Positions 38,502 through 48,060 of a stretch of 59,910 nucleotides of DNA are shown piece after piece. The notes under the pieces are model-generated. The model ran no database searches. It saw only the letters and a list, made by a program, of their open reading frames with translations, and had not been told where the DNA came from. Source of the DNA: Myxococcota bacterium (GTDB lineage: Bacteria; Myxococcota_A; SURF-8; G963663525); assembly GCA_963676915.2 (NCBI GenBank), contig CAXXVK010000029.1, positions 1 to 59,910 of the forward strand, given 5' to 3'. A program made the position numbers and the translations under genes. Every line of letters begins with the position of its first letter. Within the stretch, counting starts at the first letter, position 1.

Positions 38502-39631
38502 CGGAAGCGACCTCCATGGTGAGGGTGATGTCTCCCAATGCCGGAACCTGATTGGGCTCGATGGCAACGTCGCCAGTCGGCTGGGTGACGGAAATGGAAT
38601 AAATTCCGGGGATTTCCATGACGAGATGAATCAAGCGGGCAACCACCACGTCCTGACCTACGGCAAGCGGATCGATGTCGAGCTCGTCGTCCTCGATGTC
38701 GCCGAAGAACACGCTCAGTCGTCGGCGAATCTCCTGATCAAGAGCCTCGAGATCCTGAGAAACGCGAGGCGTGATGGTGAGATCGATATCGACAACAACT
38801 TCTTCGGGAGCACGAACCAGCACATCGGCCGTTACGGGACGCCGATCGTCGACCACGTCTTGAACGGTGGCAATCAACGTGGGACTCGGCATACCGGTTT
38901 GACCCATGATGTAGACGTCGACGGTACCCGCGCCCCGGGGTTGATCTTCGTCTACGATGACCGAGGTCACACCGTCCACCGACGCGGCCCAAGACCGCAC
39001 GGCCGCTGCCGTTCCTCCCAGGGAAAGTTCGTCCCAGGCCAGCGAGAAACGCTCGCGCAATTCGGCATCGGCTTCCTCATCAACACCCACTGTGGTGATC
39101 CAGTCGGTTTCGTTTGTCACAACCGTGATTCCGGCGAGGAAGGTTTTTCATTTCGGTGATGGACCCGGGGCCGACGTTGTAGGCCGATCCAGCTTCTTCC
39201 GCAATGACCGGAACAACGGCGGAAGCCATCCCGGGAAAAATAACGGCATCCATCGTCGTGAAAAAGCGGTATTCCTTGCCGCTTTGATCCTTCGGAGTCG
39301 TCACGATCGACCCGGCGGGAATGGGAATGCTGGTGTTTTTGGCAATGGGACGGGAATAACGCACATTGCCTTCGGTTTTGATGGCGGGCTTGCGCTCCAG
39401 TCCGAATTCCAGTGCCTTGCGGTCCAGCCACGAATCGGTGGCCGTATCGACGAAGCTCTGCTTGAGCATGTCGGCTCCGAAGGTGTAGAGTTCTCCCAAG
39501 GTTTCGGCATAGACTTCCGTCAAGGTTCGCACGACGGATCCGACGTTGAAGTTGGTCAGTCCCGTGCGTTCGCCGATGGCATCGAGCATGGATGAAACGA
39601 GTTCGGAATAGGTTTTGATGTGGATGGTCAT
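38494..39631 (-). pseudogene. Baseplate J/gp47-like gene split by a single-base frameshift
   Basis: N-part TNFNVGSVVRTL..TATDSWLDRKA..GSAYNV; C-part GVDEEADAELRER..RGAGTVDVYI..RPVTADV; removing one A from the A5 run (39144-39148) gives continuous MKTFLAGITVVTNE. Confidence 0.85.
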
Positions 39632-39649
39632 AGATTTAGCTCCTTATTT

Positions 39650-40069
39650 TTAAAGTTCAGTATTCAATCCCCAAACCATGTTGAAACGATTGGTCCATTC
39701 CTCTCCCAGCGGCACGAACGACAGGTCGAACTGAATCTGTCGTCCATCCCGCGTGGGAGTGATTGCGATAGAATCCGGCTCGATACGTGGGGCCACCGAG
39801 GGGTCATAGGTGAGAGCATCTGCGATGGCACGCACGGCAAGCTGCTCGAAATCGTTTCGATCCTCTTCACCGACCAGACGGGTGATGCCCGCGCCGTATT
39901 CCGGGTGTCCGAAAAGATCGCCCGGGAGCGTATCGAGCAGGTTGGCCACATCTTGTAAAAGCGTGGTTCTACCGGACGATGTAACGGCCAGATCTCCTGT
40001 GGATCCCACTTGAAGATCTCCCAATTCGTCCAGTTGCAAATCGATGCCGAGATTTTCGTAATCGCTCAT
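39650..40069 (-). CDS. Baseplate wedge protein, gp25/GPW-like
   Basis: GDLAVTSSG..LLQDV..LDTLPGDLFGHPEYGAGI..DP..PRI; upstream of baseplate J. Confidence 0.8.
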   Translation of the reverse strand: MSDYENLGIDLQLDELGDLQVGSTGDLAVTSSGRTTLLQDVANLLDTLPGDLFGHPEYGAGITRLVGEEDRNDFEQLAVRAIADALTYDPSVAPRIEPDSIAITPTRDGRQIQFDLSFVPLGEEWTNRFNMVWGLNTEL

Positions 40070-40070
40070 C

Positions 40071-40997
40071 TCATCCTCCAAAAAGTTCCGCCACGGGACC
40101 GAAATCCGCTGTGGCCGCTAAAAGACAGGTTCCAACGACCCAGGCTTCGCCGGTCCAAGAAGGTGCATCCATGGCCGTTTCGGCTTTCTCCTGTAGATCC
40201 GTGACACCGTTTCCATCGATCCGCAGGACGTACAATCCCGCCGATTCGATCAACGTGGTGATGTCGGTTACGAGTGCCCGGATTTCGCCGGCGATAGAGG
40301 AAAGCAATGTGGATTTTTGTTCGATCGTTTCAGAAAGGGCGTTCAACATGCCGGCGTAGTCGTCGGTGACGGAAAGCATCCCTAATGCTTGGGTCAACTG
40401 TTCGGCCAATTGTGCAAACGGAGGACAAACCTCACCCAGACGCAGGGATTCCCAATCGGGTGGCGTGCTCATGCCGTTTTCGATGCGTGTGGGAATATCC
40501 AAGTCATATTCGTCTGTTTCCCAACTCAAAGCCGGAAGTCCGAACAGAGCTGCCAACAATCCAAGCAGGCGAGTGAATTCCGGCAGATCATCGGCACCCA
40601 CCACGAAAAGCATGGCCGAAATGCTGGCGCTTCCAACTAACTGTGGCCGGTCTCCATCGCCAAGATCGTCGAAACTGGCTTTCCAGCGGGAAAGAAACCC
40701 GGAAAGACCGTCCGGGGTTTCCCCGGTGAAAAGCGGCCCTTTGTCCAAATAGAAATAGACACCGGTCTGTAACAGGTTGTGGATCTGGTTGATCAGTTCT
40801 TGGATGGCAGCAATTAACGCTTGCATCGCGGCTTGTGTGGCGTCTGCCATGGCAGAGACCATGTCGGCCAGAGTTCCAAGGATGTCTGCAAGACCATCGA
40901 GAAAGTCAGAAAGTTTGTCGGCTCCTTCACCAACGGCGTTTAGAGCAGGAGTTACGCCGGGAACCATCGACATATTGAGAGGTTGCCATTCAGGCAT
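40071..40997 (-). CDS. Phage hypothetical protein (helical, baseplate region)
   Basis: 308-aa ORF in the operon, two similar helical halves ending TGVYFY and AGLYVL. Confidence 0.65.
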   Translation of the reverse strand: MPEWQPLNMSMVPGVTPALNAVGEGADKLSDFLDGLADILGTLADMVSAMADATQAAMQALIAAIQELINQIHNLLQTGVYFYLDKGPLFTGETPDGLSGFLSRWKASFDDLGDGDRPQLVGSASISAMLFVVGADDLPEFTRLLGLLAALFGLPALSWETDEYDLDIPTRIENGMSTPPDWESLRLGEVCPPFAQLAEQLTQALGMLSVTDDYAGMLNALSETIEQKSTLLSSIAGEIRALVTDITTLIESAGLYVLRIDGNGVTDLQEKAETAMDAPSWTGEAWVVGTCLLAATADFGPVAELFGG

Positions 40998-41175
40998 CGT
41001 TTTCCTCCTCGATGGATTGCGTGGGCGAAGTGGACAACACGGCAGTTTTAGCCATGTTTGCGACGGCCTTGGCTTGGGTTTCGTACAGCTTCGGCAAGGC
41101 TTCGTTTAGGCGTTCCGTCACGTCCTTCAGTTTGTCGACAATGGGAAGGTTTTCCGGTCGTTTCCAGGTGTTCAT
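40990..41175 (-). CDS. Small phage hypothetical protein
   Basis: MNTWKRPENLP..., RBS GAGG, overlaps both neighbours. Confidence 0.55.
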   Translation of the reverse strand: MNTWKRPENLPIVDKLKDVTERLNEALPKLYETQAKAVANMAKTAVLSTSPTQSIEEENDA

Positions 41176-43093
41176 GACCGCCTCACACTTCCCGACCAAT
41201 CGATCGTGGTGGAGGCGATCCCCGTGACACGAAGCCGCACGGTTTGTGAGACTGTATCGACATCGAGCGTGCAATCGCAGCCGGACAGTGCAGTATCTTC
41301 AGCGGTGTGTTCGTCGGAAACGGAGCCTACCGCCGTTACGTTTCCACTGGTCGCACGGCGAACGGTCAGAGTACGTTCGTATCCCACCGCTGCACTTCCA
41401 TCGCTTTCAGGCCAGACACCACGGCATGGACCGTAAACGATTCGCCTTCGGTAACAGGGATTTCAAGCAAGGTCGTCGCGCTGCCATCCTCCGTCTGAAC
41501 CGTCGCTGTTTTTCCACACAATGTTTCCGAGTGATGATGATCCACCACGGCGAAGGGGATTTCATTCGTTTCGAGCGGATCGGAGAAAGCGGTTCCATCG
41601 TTGACGTGGGCCAGCAGCTCATCTAGTGGGCGTTCCACAAGTTTTTGCGAAGAAAGATTGTCGGCATCCAGTTCGCGATTATCGCTGCTCGATCCGAGGT
41701 ACGCGGCGACATCGTAACCGTCCGCCGGTTCGGGAAAGATCGCCCATGGCTTGTCCGTATGGTTGAACTCGATATCCCAGGACAAGGAAAGACCGCAATC
41801 CGCCCAAGACGTCCACGTATCGGACACGAAGAGTGAATTGAAAGAATTGCCGGATTCCGTGTGAAGGTTATCGGAAGGTGTGTGCGACGCACCGTACGCT
41901 TTCCACCAGTCGGCGGACGAATAACTGTCAATGGTATATTCGAAGACAATGTAAAAATCTTCGGCATCGTCGATCGGCGAAACGTCCACAAAAGGAAACT
42001 CGGAAATATAGCTGCTGCCTGTACCGATGCGACCGGCTAGATCGTAAGTAGAGGTTCCGACAACCTGTTTGTTGTACTCGGCAGTTTCACCCCGGATGTC
42101 GGACATATCCGGTAGGCCGTCGCCATCCACACCCACCACGTAAAACTTGAAATACAACCATGGCAGTGACGCACTGGCACAGGTTTGAACGGCCACAGCG
42201 GACACACTTGTCGGGTAAATCGGACCGGATTGGTTGGGAGAGGTTCGTGCATTGGTGAATTTCCGAGACGATTTACGGCGAGGATAGGACGCTGATCCGT
42301 TACCGTTGTTGATTCCGGTCGTACCCGTCGGATGATCATAGGTATAGTCGTTCGCGTCGGTCCAACCATACACGGGACGGAAAACGCCGGTTTCGCGGTG
42401 ATGCTCCACAATAGCGATGCGCTTTTCTCCCGCCGCCATCGGGAATCCGAACCGTTCCGGTGAATCATCCAGCGCAAGCCAGGCTTGACCATTGACCGAG
42501 GACAACGTGGAGGGATCGTCGCCATCCAGATTTCCCGTCGTCAGGTTGAGTTCGACGAGTCCCTGACTGACCAGACGTTCAGACGATAACCCGGGATAAC
42601 GACGCCCGTGAATCGTACCATCCTGAAAAGCCCTTATGGCGGGATGAATGAGAAGCTTGGATGAACCATCTCCATCTTGCAGTACGGCCGGAGAATTCAG
42701 CAGGTCCGGCAGAGTGATATGACTTTCCCAATCTTCCAGATGGTTGCCAACTGCATTTTTATCGAGTCCGGAATCGGCAAGATTTCCTTCCGAAGTCAAA
42801 GATGCCAGATGATCTGCCGTTGCCCCTTCTACTTTGTCGGCTTTCGTATCATCGCTTGTCGTTTCGCTGCCGGAACCCGTCCCTTCTTCGACATAAGCAT
42901 CGATATGATTCAACAATGGCGAAAGGATCTCTGCTACAGCCGTTCCCAGGTTGCGATACCCATCTCGAAGCTTCTCTTTCGATTCGTCGTCTTGCAACGA
43001 GGCGATCAATGTTTCGTTCAAAACATTCAACTTATCGGCCACAGCGGCAAGTGCCGTTTGTTTGAGCGTACTCAGTCCATCTGTCAAACCCAT
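41172..43093 (-). CDS. Phage structural/tail-associated protein with frameshifted C-terminus
   Basis: KADKVEGATADHLASLTSEGNLADSG fibre-like motif; adding one A at 41405-41407 joins ORF 41366-43093 to ORF 41172-41387 (GLKSDGSAAVGYERTL). Confidence 0.65.
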
Positions 43094-43096
43094 CGA

Positions 43097-44281
43097 TTAC
43101 CTCTTTGCAATGAAAATTTTCTCACTCAACAACGCCGCCATGGCCGCTTCAGCTGGTGCAAGAGCTGTAGCTACCGCAGGATTGGGAGCAATCGGTGCTC
43201 CGAGATTGCCGATACCCAGGGATATCGTTTTAAGTACCGTCAAGATCGTTTGAAGGATGGTTTGGAGAGGGAGTCCACAAGCAGCAGGTTGTCCAACAGC
43301 AGAGAACCCGCCAAGTTGCACCGGCCCGGAGGCGACCGAGCCGAGATTGATCATGAGGGGCGGCATATTCAGATTGGAACCAATATCGATCTGACCACCA
43401 AGGGAGTCGAAAGCCAGCCCACCTCCATTGACCATGACTTTGTATGCTGCAAACTGTGGACCGGTAGGACCAGGTGTGAAAGGAGGTGCAATCCCCGGTG
43501 TGGCAGCGACCAGCATTTCATAGCTGCCACCGACGACATGACGTTCATTGAACGTAACAGCGGATGATTTTCCACCGGCAACGTGCTGAGAAACGGATCC
43601 GGCGACCTTCTGACGGAGGGAGCCTCCAACATTCTGGATTACGTCGCCTCTCGTTTCTTCGGTCAAGGCACCACATTGAATTACCGCATCTCTGTTGACC
43701 TGCAGGTTCCAGGAGTCGCAGGACACGGATTCAACCCCGTCCACCTGTGATTTTCGCTTACCTTGAACCCTCTTTATTTCATCACCAACGGTATGTTCCT
43801 GGCGCTTGTCCGTCGTAACGAGCTTTAACGATGCACAAGAGAGAACGATCTCGTTTGTGTCGGCCTTCAACTCGATTTTCTGGCCTTTTTTGCCGCGAAC
43901 AGCGATGGTTCCGGACTTGAAACCGGCAGGAGCCTTGTTGCTGTGGAAAATCGGTGCTTCGACATAAGGCCGAGTTACATCACCATCATGAAAGGAAACG
44001 GTTACCTCCGCTCCTATTTCCGGCAAGGCAAAAACGCCATAGCCATCCTGGGCGAAAAGAGATGCCACCGGAACATACGGCAGAGAAAGACCCGGCTCTC
44101 CCGTTTCCTCATCGGCACCAACCACAATATCCACACGGTAATAGTGTTCTGGATCTGTATCATCATCGTGGACGGCCACGACTTCACCGAGCAAGGACGG
44201 GCGGAAAAAGGCACGTATATCGGGGCGAAGCCCTTCGACGACCTTTTTCAGTTCGCTCTCCAGATTTCCTCGGCTATTCAT
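43097..44281 (-). CDS. Baseplate assembly protein V/central spike (OB fold plus beta-helix)
   Basis: GEVVAVH..GYGVFALPEIGAEVTVSFHDGDVTRPYV; VxG repeats (TVGD, RVQG, QVDG, NVGG, KVAG). Confidence 0.85.
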   Translation of the reverse strand: MNSRGNLESELKKVVEGLRPDIRAFFRPSLLGEVVAVHDDDTDPEHYYRVDIVVGADEETGEPGLSLPYVPVASLFAQDGYGVFALPEIGAEVTVSFHDGDVTRPYVEAPIFHSNKAPAGFKSGTIAVRGKKGQKIELKADTNEIVLSCASLKLVTTDKRQEHTVGDEIKRVQGKRKSQVDGVESVSCDSWNLQVNRDAVIQCGALTEETRGDVIQNVGGSLRQKVAGSVSQHVAGGKSSAVTFNERHVVGGSYEMLVAATPGIAPPFTPGPTGPQFAAYKVMVNGGGLAFDSLGGQIDIGSNLNMPPLMINLGSVASGPVQLGGFSAVGQPAACGLPLQTILQTILTVLKTISLGIGNLGAPIAPNPAVATALAPAEAAMAALLSEKIFIAKR

Positions 44282-45366
44282 TTGAACGTTACCTTTTTCG
44301 AACAGGCAAACAGAGGTCGCCCCCAGTGATGCGTACCCAGATAGCGGACCGATCCAAACCCGACTTCATTTCTCAGCCAGCGTTCGTATTCCTCTTTATT
44401 GAGTGGGATTTTTGTAGTGGCCTTCGTTACGAATCCCTGCTTTTCATTCACTTGATCGATGAAAACCACCCAGGCTTTCTCCGCCATCGTTTGAACGGCC
44501 GCTAGGTATCGCTCGTCGTTTCCCGGCGTATTCAACCAGTGATGCAACACGGAAAGACAACTGACACTGCCAATGCTGTTGTAGGAATCGTCGACAAGAA
44601 CCTGTAAAAAGTCGTCATGCCGATAAAAAGGAATATCCAACCCGAAAACGAGGTTAAGCGTGTCGGCGATGTGGATATGGTCTTCCCGATTGTCGAGGCC
44701 ATGAACGGCAACCCCCGCTCGCTTCAATTGGCGGCAGAGATGACCGGTACAACAACCGATGTCGTAATGGACGAAAGACGGAATCTCGGAACGCATCTCC
44801 CGAAGAAAATCGATGAGTATCCGTTCCCGTTCATTTCCCCGACGAATCACCTTCCAATCGTCGAACCACGGGTGCTCGATGGGCGAATACAAGATTTTTT
44901 CACCACTGGCCGCGATCAACGTCCGTTCAAAAGCCAGCCAAGCCGGACTGACATGCTTGATACCAACGGGCAAAACCCTTTCTCCGTCAAGAAAACGCAT
45001 GGCAGCCCGATGGTGAGCATCGATCATCTCTATCGCGCCGTTTGCCTTGATTCGAACAGGAATTTCCTTGCTCGAAGGGTCTTTGAATCGTCCCTTTTCA
45101 AACGTTTCGATATCATGATCGAGCGTGTCTTTGACCCATTGTCGAATCACATCCGGTTTTCCATGTTGGGCCAGCTTGCAGGCGTATTCGACGCTTTTCA
45201 CGTAAGGGTGAGAGTTCACATCGAAATCTTTGTTCCGATATCGCTGGAGAAAATCGACAAAGGGACTTTCCGGCAATGTCAGGTTCGATCCCTCTGCAAA
45301 TAGGAGATGTACCGGCACTTGCAAGGTTTTGATCGTCGGCATTTTATGAAACAACAGCATATTCAA
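44278..45366 (-). CDS. ParB-like N-domain plus class I SAM-dependent methyltransferase
   Basis: IEMIDAHHRAA (ParB-like DGxHR); YDIGCCTGHL..HGLD; CLSVLHHW. Confidence 0.7.
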   Translation of the reverse strand: MNMLLFHKMPTIKTLQVPVHLLFAEGSNLTLPESPFVDFLQRYRNKDFDVNSHPYVKSVEYACKLAQHGKPDVIRQWVKDTLDHDIETFEKGRFKDPSSKEIPVRIKANGAIEMIDAHHRAAMRFLDGERVLPVGIKHVSPAWLAFERTLIAASGEKILYSPIEHPWFDDWKVIRRGNERERILIDFLREMRSEIPSFVHYDIGCCTGHLCRQLKRAGVAVHGLDNREDHIHIADTLNLVFGLDIPFYRHDDFLQVLVDDSYNSIGSVSCLSVLHHWLNTPGNDERYLAAVQTMAEKAWVVFIDQVNEKQGFVTKATTKIPLNKEEYERWLRNEVGFGSVRYLGTHHWGRPLFACSKKVTFK

Positions 45367-45482
45367 TTCCTCTTAAATTCCTGATTTCAAAGACAAATTC
45401 ATGGGGTTCAAAACCCTTCCCCTCATTGAAAAAAAGTGGTAGTTTGAAGATGTCGTAAGATTCGACATTGAGGAGGCACACG

Positions 45483-45689
45483 ATGAGACAAGTCGTACTC
45501 TATAAGGGTGAAGACGGATTCTGGGTGGTCGAAGTTCCTTCGTTGCCGGGATGTGTTTCCCAAGGAACGACGAAAGAAGAAGCCCTTGCCAATATTCGCG
45601 ATGCCATCGAGGGCTACCTTGAGGCATTGAGAGCTGATAATCTTCCGATTCCTGAAGAGAATTTCGACACGATGGTTGTTGCGGTATGA
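45483..45689 (+). CDS. hicB: HicB antitoxin (short form)
   Basis: VEVPSLPGCVSQGTTKEEALANIRDAIEGYL. Confidence 0.92.
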   Translation: MRQVVLYKGEDGFWVVEVPSLPGCVSQGTTKEEALANIRDAIEGYLEALRADNLPIPEENFDTMVVAV

Positions 45690-45910
45690 GTCCGTCTCTC
45701 CCCGTTATTTCAGGTGACGACGCGGTAAAAGCCCTTTCAAAATGTGGCTTTCGCTTCATTCGGCAGACGGGAAGCCACATGATTTTACGAAGGCAAGATC
45801 CTTTTTCACAGGTTACCGTTCCCAAGCACAAACGTCTCGATCGAGGCACCCTTCGAGCCATCATTCGACAAGCCCAATTGTCTGTCAGCGAATTCATTGC
45901 TCTCCTGTAA
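45686..45910 (+). CDS. hicA: HicA toxin
   Basis: LPVISGDDAVKAL..GF..RQTGSHMIL..VTVPKH..GTLRAIIRQA. Confidence 0.92.
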   Translation: MSPSLPVISGDDAVKALSKCGFRFIRQTGSHMILRRQDPFSQVTVPKHKRLDRGTLRAIIRQAQLSVSEFIALL

Positions 45911-46673
45911 TTTCGTCCAACCAAAGTCGACTTCGTGCCCCTTCATCTCCGATTCCAACGCTATGGCGCACCTGCTCCACGAAGTAGCGGGTCTCGTTCC
46001 CCTGTCGATCGAAAATCGAAACCACCTGCGAATGCCATACAGGACTGGCGAAAGCGGTTAGCAGATACCGATCGCCGGGAATTGGATGGAAATCGACGAT
46101 GTCATCACCATGTGTGAAAGAGGTAACCGGCTCTTGCGCCAAGTCACGCAGTCCCCAACGAAAGATTCCAGAGGGATCGCAACCGAAGGCATAGTCCAGT
46201 TCCAAGCGGCGATTCAGCAGGTGAAGGGCTTCGACGATCGTGTTGTTGCAAAGGGGAAGTTTATCGATTTGTTTCGAGTCAGAGGCCAGTTCACTCTCAA
46301 CAAACGGGTTTAGTGCCAATAGATTCGCAACAATGACCCCTGCTTCTTCGTTTCGATAGGTTCGTGTGATACGGGTATCGGCCAGGTATCGAGCACGACA
46401 AAGTCCTTCGACTTGCAACGTTTCTTTCAGATATGCGCTTCGAATCGACCCGTCGAATAGTGGATAAAGCTCTTTGCCGCGCCATCCCCAGCGAACTTTC
46501 AGAACATCGCCATCTTCGACTCCATCGTTCCACTCGAATCGTAGATTGGAAAGCTCCAACGAAGCCGTGGCGACAGGCTGTGAACGAGCCGCAACGACAT
46601 CCATCGTTCGAACGGATCCGATGCGTGTTTTCTCCCCGATCGTCACTTCGATTTCAGGTGCATTCCAGTTCAC
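45894..46673 (-). CDS. Baseplate hub/late control D-like protein
   Basis: TASLEL..GDVLKVRWGW..LFDGSI..YFVEQVRHSVG; lies between the tube initiator and the spike gene. Confidence 0.7.
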   Translation of the reverse strand: MNWNAPEIEVTIGEKTRIGSVRTMDVVAARSQPVATASLELSNLRFEWNDGVEDGDVLKVRWGWRGKELYPLFDGSIRSAYLKETLQVEGLCRARYLADTRITRTYRNEEAGVIVANLLALNPFVESELASDSKQIDKLPLCNNTIVEALHLLNRRLELDYAFGCDPSGIFRWGLRDLAQEPVTSFTHGDDIVDFHPIPGDRYLLTAFASPVWHSQVVSIFDRQGNETRYFVEQVRHSVGIGDEGARSRLWLDEITGEQ

Positions 46674-47359
46674 GAACCTTCTCCCATCGCTGCAGATTTC
46701 CCCTCACGAAACGCTGCAACCAACGGATCTTCCGTTCCCACAGCCTTGTCATGAGCGGTTTGGGCCGCATCGTCTTTTTTCGCAGCCGCTGAGGCTTCGG
46801 CTTGAGCCTGCTTTTTCAGAATCGCTTCTCGTCCACGTCGTTCCACCTGTCGAGCCACAGGTTCGAATTCAATAAGTGTGAGATTCGCTTCCAGGTCCGT
46901 GGACCCGGGTTGGTCGGTGACATCCAAGCTTTTGAACAACACGGTCTTGATTCCGCAGGAATCGGTTAAAGGAGACTGGATCGAATAGACGGTGGGAACA
47001 GCAAAAGATGCGTCTGCGGTGGAATCGTTGTCTCCAACGGGATCGGATCTTTCCCGAAACGCCGCCTGCAAGGTCTCGAATTGTTTCCTGGCCGATATGG
47101 TAACTTCGCCGGAGCGATCTTCCTCATTCACCAGTCCTAAGGAGATTGTGATTTCAGTATCTTCGTATCCGACCGCTTGCTTGATTTTTCCAGAGCGGCC
47201 GGGGATTTTCGCTTCGTCGATCGAGACTCCCTGACGAACGCTCATCTGTCGATGCGGTACCGGAAAACGATGCAAAACCTGTGCAATATCGGGCGTACCA
47301 TCCGATTTGACGGCACCCAGCGTCACGACCTGAAATTGTTCATTGCGGATTTCAGGCAT
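46670..47359 (-). CDS. Tail tube initiator/gpU-like protein
   Basis: EAKIPGRSG..QAVGYEDTEITISL..ANLTLIEF; follows the tape measure gene on the same strand. Confidence 0.6.
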   Translation of the reverse strand: MPEIRNEQFQVVTLGAVKSDGTPDIAQVLHRFPVPHRQMSVRQGVSIDEAKIPGRSGKIKQAVGYEDTEITISLGLVNEEDRSGEVTISARKQFETLQAAFRERSDPVGDNDSTADASFAVPTVYSIQSPLTDSCGIKTVLFKSLDVTDQPGSTDLEANLTLIEFEPVARQVERRGREAILKKQAQAEASAAAKKDDAAQTAHDKAVGTEDPLVAAFREGKSAAMGEGS

Positions 47360-47382
47360 GAGTATTCTCCGAAATATGGGTA

Positions 47383-47411
47383 TTGACAGGACAACATAAA
47401 TGTTGCATTGT
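47383..47411 (+). promoter_or_regulatory. hicA promoter with palindromic operator
   Basis: TTGACA (47383-47388), 17-bp spacer containing CAACAT-aa-ATGTTG, weak -10 CATTGT; ATG follows 6 nt later with no RBS. Confidence 0.55.
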
Positions 47412-47417
47412 TAAGAT

Positions 47418-47612
47418 ATGAAGACGAAGGAGTTGATTAAAAAACTCAAGGCTTCTGGGTGGTACTTGGATCGCATCCGAGGATCGCATCACATTTTTGT
47501 TCATCCTGAAGCCACGCGGAACGTTACCGTGCCGGTTCACGGTAAAGAAACAACGGATCGTTTTGCGAAAGCCATCCTGAAGCAAGCCGAACAAGCGGTT
47601 GGCAAGGAGTAG
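47418..47612 (+). CDS. hicA: HicA toxin
   Basis: MKTKELIKKLKASGWYLDRIRGSHHIFVHP..VTVPVHG. Confidence 0.93.
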   Translation: MKTKELIKKLKASGWYLDRIRGSHHIFVHPEATRNVTVPVHGKETTDRFAKAILKQAEQAVGKE

Positions 47613-47618
47613 AACATC

Positions 47619-48056
47619 ATGATTCCCAGTGGTTATTACGCCATTTTTGAAAAAGACGAAGATACGGTCCTTGTTCAGTTTCCGCAGCATCCCAACATTC
47701 TCACGTACGGTTTCGATTGGGAGCACGCCGAAGAAATGGCCCAGGAAGCGCTTTCCGCTTCTCTGGAGGCGGATTTCGAGCAGGGCTACGTGTTGCCACG
47801 AACGAAAAAACCACGAGCCAAAAAGGGACAAAAAGTAATCTTTATTCCTTTGGAACCTGAAGTCAGAATGGCCTACCTGTTGCGTTCTTGGCGTGAAAGT
47901 GCCGGTTTGACACAAAAGCAAATTGCCAATCGTCTTGGTGTCAGCTATCAAGCGTATCAGCGTATGGAAAGGCCCGGACGATCCAATCTGACGGTTCATA
48001 CGCTGGACCGAGTAGCTAGAGCCCTTAAGAAAGAGCTTGTCATCGAAATGCGCTGA
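47619..48056 (+). CDS. hicB: HicB antitoxin with C-terminal XRE HTH
   Basis: VQFPQHPNILTYG..EEMAQEAL; RESAGLTQKQIANRLGVSYQAYQRMER. Confidence 0.92.
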   Translation: MIPSGYYAIFEKDEDTVLVQFPQHPNILTYGFDWEHAEEMAQEALSASLEADFEQGYVLPRTKKPRAKKGQKVIFIPLEPEVRMAYLLRSWRESAGLTQKQIANRLGVSYQAYQRMERPGRSNLTVHTLDRVARALKKELVIEMR

Positions 48057-48060
48057 TTTT

